Source: the human T2T-CHM13v2.0 reference genome, Homo sapiens. Taken from it: a DNA stretch of 64,000 nt. The position numbers were made by a program, and so were the translations under genes. Shown in pieces: positions 56,301 to 64,000 of this stretch (within the stretch, counting starts at the first letter, position 1; each line of letters opens with the position of its first letter). The stretch lies in NCBI RefSeq assembly GCF_009914755.1, contig NC_060929.1; one strand, given 5' to 3'. The notes beneath the pieces were generated by a model. It was not told where the DNA came from. It was given only the letters and a program-made list of their open reading frames with translations, and ran no database searches.

Positions 56301-56529
56301 CCAATGTATCTAATACGCAACGAGCATTTGAGTCAAAAGAATTTAAGGCCGTTAGGAAATAAATTAAGGTTAAAAAAAAACATGGAATAGCACACAGAAA
56401 GATCAGGGTCCCATCTTCAAGAATCCTGCTTTTGCAATTAAAAAAAAAAAAGATTTGAATTTTTATAGTCATTTTACTGCATGGGAGACCAAAGTCAAGT
56501 TTAATATTAGCAATCTAATTACATTTCAA

Positions 56530-56690
56530 TCTTTGTGACTGTGTGAGATAGGTAAGAACATCTCTCCATGCTTCAGATAGAGAAATAAGGCTCAGATCAG
56601 ATCATCTAAGGTCTCTGCTTGCAATAACATGGTTACTAAGTAGTAGAGACAAGATTATCTTAACTCCAGTCCAGCATCTTTCCAAGGTTA
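56530..56690 (-). mobile_element. MIR
   Basis: 'cagatagagaaataaggctcaga...acatggttactaagtagtagag'. Confidence 0.55.
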
Positions 56691-58129
56691 TGCTTCAGTA
56701 AATTCCTCCAGAGCACCCCGAACAAGAGTAGAGTGAAAGCAAACCTAGGGAGAGGAGGTAAGGAGGACAGAGGCAGAGAGGTCCAGGAAGCATTTCAGAG
56801 CAACCAGCTCTAGATGTGGAATTTCTTCACGATGTCATATTATCTTGGAAATGCATATACATTTTGCCTCTATTCTATAATATATCCATATTTGTGCATT
56901 TCAATCAAATAAAGAAACACATTACAGGAAAGTGTACCATGTTTACTACCCAACTTTGCTTGCCAATCCCCCAAATGCACTCAGGACCTCAGTTTTGAAA
57001 ATGGTGCCAGGGGTCTACAGAATGTTACAAGCAGACTAGCAGAACAAGAGCTAATAGGGAATTGACCCAGAAATGCTACAGAACATAATATTCTCTATCA
57101 AATGCATAATTATTAAGATGCATCAAATTGATTAAAATAGTCTCTACACTACAAATATAAGCAAGCATGTATTACCAAACGGTATTCAAGCATCAAACCT
57201 TTGTTTCTATCTTGAAGTTTAATTTGTAAGATGTTGTGCACATCTGGAGAGAAAATAACACAGTCCAAGAAAGGTGGAGGTGGTAAAAATCCAAGAATAA
57301 AGTCATTGTCATTGAGTGCAAATAAGTGCTTTTCTGAGACAATTTTCCTTTACTGTATAATAATTCCTTATTCATTAAGGGAAAAGTATAACATTACTGT
57401 TCTGGAATGTATCATATAGATGTTGGTATCTCTGCACTTTTCTAATCATAAACTGTTACAGATGGGTTTCCAGAGTTCTGTAGGTCACAGGATGAAAATC
57501 ATTCTCCCTTGCCCTATCTCTCGTTCTTTTATAATCGCAGGGGTTTTTTTGACCTAGTTTTTTGTCCATCTCTAGTAGAGATACTCTTCTTTCCGACTTT
57601 CCCCTAAAGGGCTATATTTATATTGCACCTGATATTTTACCCAACCTCTGAGTAGGAAGATGAACCTGGCAAGCATCTTTCTTCAAATCATTTATCATGC
57701 TTGCAAATGGCTGGCATGAGTCCACATTATTTCCTCCGCATTCCAATGCATGTTTTAAAGGCATCTTTTAATGTACCATTTAGGAAAGAGCTCCATACAT
57801 CAAGAAACAAAAAACAGCCAAGGAATCTAATATTCTGTCCAAGACCTGTGAAGGAGATGCTGATATTGGTTCATTTGAATCAAGCCTTCTAGAAATGAAT
57901 CTGGATATGAGTTAGTAGTGGATTTAAAAAAAGGAGTGTGGCATTGTCCTTCTGGGGCCTATTTCAAGAGAGGGGAAAAAAAAGACTTCATCTGTAAGCC
58001 ATTTGAGAAAAAAACTGATGGGGCAGTTCTCTCCAAATGCTTTGCTTCGGCCTCTAACAAGAGAAAAGCTGCCACTTCCCTCCCATCTCTTTTTCCATCT
58101 TCTAATTCATGTCCTTTAAAAAACTTGAT

Positions 58130-58760
58130 TGTGTAAATCACTACAGTCCCCACTTGCTCAGTTGTCCTAGTTTAGGCTGTCATTATTGTTCTCCCTTGCT
58201 GGAATGGCCTCCTAATTCATCTGCCCACCTGTGCTTTCTTCCCACCACAGTCTACCCTTCCCACTGCCCCAGAGAAAACTTGGTAAAGGACAGATCTGGT
58301 CATGTCCCTCTTGTGATTTAAAAGTCTCAGAGGCTCCCACTGCCTGCAGGGGAAAGTCCACACACACTAGCATAACACACCAAGTCCTTCCTGTTCCACC
58401 CCGCTCACCTTTCTCCCTCATCTCAGGAGCTCTGTGCCCCATGCCGTCCTGGCCCAGCCTCAGTAGACTGCTCATCTGCTCTCCCTTTGGTGCCCTACCC
58501 TCTTGCCTGTTGGCCTCTCAGAGTGAAAACCCTTTTCCTTTTCTCTGCTGGTTTGACTTCTACTCAACCTCCAGGATTTAGCTCATATGTCTCCTTCTCT
58601 CAAGGTTTCCCCAGCTCCACTCAGCATACCTCCAATATATTTCTAATTTAGCAGGTATATTTTAATAATTTTACTTTACCATCTCTACTCAGCCCCACCA
58701 GCTCTCAGAGGATAAGGACTATGTTTTCATTATCTATAATGCCCCCCAGGGGCACTAACT
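58130..58760 (+). mobile_element. L2 fragment
   Basis: 'cagatctggtcatgtccctc...aggctcccactgcctgcaggggaaagtcca'; 'ttctactcaacctccaggatttagctca'. Confidence 0.7.
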
Positions 58761-59289
58761 CCTATGAACATCCAATCTGCCCTGCTTTGAAAAAAAAATC
58801 TCAAGGAAAGAAGCTGAGAGATGTTGCAGCAGGTGCTTGAGGTAGGCTCCTGGTGGCAAAACTGGATCTGTTCACCATAGCTGCAGCTGAAATCAGGTGA
58901 GCAGAATGCATGTAGCCCGGGGCACAAAATATGTCTGCCACAGGCATGTTGATTTGAATAAGCATGGAAATGCAGGGTAGGAGGGCACGTCACAGGCCCC
59001 AGCCCAGCTGCCCATGCAGCATAGGAATGCTTTTACAGATTGCTTCAATGGGGAGCTTCCACTGTTCTCCCTCCTTTGACATGAGCAAATGATATCACCA
59101 GACAGCTTGTTGATGGGCATTTTTGCCAAACATAATTAATCTGATTTTAATGATAATAATAGTAACATTATCAAGTGCTTATTTTATGCCAAGTAGTGTC
59201 CTAAGAGCTTTGCATGTACAGTTTGATTTTCATAAGCACCATATGTGGTAAATACATTCATTAATTATACCCCCATTTTCTAGGTAGAG

Positions 59290-59743
59290 TGTAGCAGATG
59301 CTGCCTGTGCCCTATCCACCTCCCCTCAAGCCTCCCCATTTTAGTGCAGGCAAGCAGAACTCCCCAATGCCAGCACCTGCAGCTCTTGGCCAGAGATCAT
59401 TCTCCAGTACAAAAGCCCACTTTCCTGCAGTATGTTTGGTCAGAAGTACCAGAGAATTAACACCTCCTAGAAGCATTCCTCAATCAATGACTGAGAGGAT
59501 TGCTTCTCAAGTGGGTTGGCTCTGAGTTATGTGGTCTACACTGGCTCCCAGAGTTCCCTAGAGGGGTTAAGCTCTGGTTTGTCTGCAATTGTAACACGCT
59601 TGATAATTCACCTGTTATTGGCTGCCTTACCTCCCCCTGCTCACTTTCCCACTCTCTTACCAGTGTTTCCTGGAATACCTTCTAGTATTTGCATTTTGAA
59701 ACCTGATCTCTAGGTCTACTTCTGGAGGAACCTAACAAAGATA
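59290..59743 (+). mobile_element. LTR16C-like ERVL LTR inserted into a MIR (59150-59825)
   Basis: 'tgtagcagatgctgcctgtgccc'...'ctcaatcaatgactg'...'tctacttctggaggaacctaa'. Confidence 0.75.
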
Positions 59744-60659
59744 ATCGGGCCAAGGCACTAAGAAGATCCAGGACTTGCCCATGATGATTTCTCACTCTAG
59801 GGCCCACACTCTTATCCACTACCCCGTACTGTTAACTCATCCAGGTTTTCCCGCTGTAAAAACAAACAGCCGTCATTTCCTTCCTCTATGCCCAAATATG
59901 TGAAGACAGCCAAAGACTCTCCAATTCCTTCTGCCATGACTGTTACAAACATGGTTTCCATACCAATCATCCTCTCGTGAGGCAACCTCTCCCCTGCACA
60001 AATTCTCCACTTAAAATTAAACACATGAATTTTTTTCTGCTTTTTACCTTACATATTTCATCTATCTGCTTTTTATTCCTGTGCCATTATAGAAGTACAG
60101 AATTCAAAATATGGTATGGTAGACTATTCAATTTTAATCCTGTTTTAATACAAAAAATAAAGTTCCTGGAACTAGTTCTATGTTCAAAATAGCATCCATG
60201 CAAACAAAATGTTGAATTGGTTACAATGAATCTTACTAATATAAGTAATGCTTACATTAATAAGGTCTTATAAATGTGGCAAGATATGAATATTGATGTA
60301 TTTATTAGGTATTTATTAACAGCAACAACAAACACTCTGATTTCTTCTGTGTATTTTAGTGAATTGCACCCTCAACCAGAGGTCCTGAATTTATCTTTGA
60401 CGTGCTTCCTTCTCTATCATCTACGTCAGCCATAAACAAAAAGTCAGGCATCATAGATTAGCTGCACATAGAAAGCATTCCCAGAAGTAAGCACCACAGT
60501 GGGATGCACAAAACGTATTGTTGATGAATTTAAGGTTCTTGAACTGCTATCTGGAATCAGTCTATATACAACATAGTCAAAGTAAAATAATAAATTTAGG
60601 AATTATAACATGTCATAAACAGATCCTAAGATGAAGAGTCACAGAATGTTATGGCAAGA

Positions 60660-60955
<296 letters not shown>

Positions 60956-61460
60956 TTATGGCAAGTGAAACTCTAGAGAACAACTATTTCAATTTCATCT
61001 TTTACAGAATTTAAGATCTTACAACTAGGTAGTGACATAATCAGAAATAGAACCCAGATTTCTTAGCTCTGAATTCAGTGCTTAGTCCACTTACCACAAC
61101 CTGTTACAAATTGTGAATAATTTATTTTTCATCCTAATCACAATAGAGTATCTTTGCATACCAAGTCACTAATTCATCTCCTATGATGACCGATACCTGG
61201 TTTGAAGTAATACATGAAACTAATTAAATGTTTGTCACAGAAATTTAGAATTAAGGACAATGAGGGACTGAATCAATGAGGGACTGAGCCAGTGGATGGC
61301 ACTTGAATTGAGATGTCATGCTAAACAGTAAATTTAGAATTTAAATTTAAATAAGATCGATGTAAGTGACAACGCAGAGCCCCCAAGAAACAGAGAATAG
61401 TCTGAGCCTCACTTTCCCAGACCAGTTCTTCTGAGAGCTGGTGATATTTATACTTCATGA

Positions 61461-61780
<320 letters not shown>

Positions 61781-62149
61781 GCTTATTTGTATTTTTAAAG
61801 TAATATCCTTTAACACATTTACTTGGGCTAGTTTGAGTATGTATCTCTTCCTGTAACCAAAAGTCCTGGATAGAAGACTCTTCCCTCTTCTTGCTACTAA
61901 GCTAAACAACTACTTTTTAAAAAATGGGTGTCAGATAATGGAATAGTAAGAATGGCCATTGGAATTAGCATGAAGAACTGAATCAGAATGAATGAAGTAG
62001 GAGACTAAGTTTAACCAAATACCAGCTGTGGTTGGAGAATGTTGTTGTATGGGGAAAAGAGGCTGATATTCCTAAGTCCTTTAGCAAGTTTAGAAGCAGG
62101 CCCTTGATAGTAGAAATGTATGAGAGTCTTCAAGAGGCCCATCTGCTGT

Positions 62150-64000
<1,851 letters not shown>

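Overview
This window is repeat-rich, non-coding primate DNA. It is almost certainly human, because it carries an AluYb8 with the diagnostic 7-bp insertion. I find no credible protein-coding exon, RNA gene, CpG island or CRISPR-like array; the ORF track is explained by Alu, L1, LTR and microsatellite sequence plus chance ORFs. The window is a mosaic of Alu (J, S, Y, Yc-type, Yb8, FLAM), L1, L2, L3/CR1, MIR, ERVL/MaLR solo LTRs and DNA-transposon relics (MER63, MER47A, MER96B, MER5A, MADE1), several of them nested. Repeat family names come from my recall of consensus sequences, not from a database search, and boundaries of old elements are approximate. I see no evidence of a novel biological system. 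The most notable observations are mutational-mechanism fossils and candidates: a ~250-bp local duplication of a MIR/L2 junction into an LTR, an internally deleted L1PB flanked by a ~95-bp direct repeat, two small inverted-duplication structures, a very young AluYb8, a MADE1 hairpin of the miR-548 type, and a cluster of strong splice donors that could mark a lncRNA.
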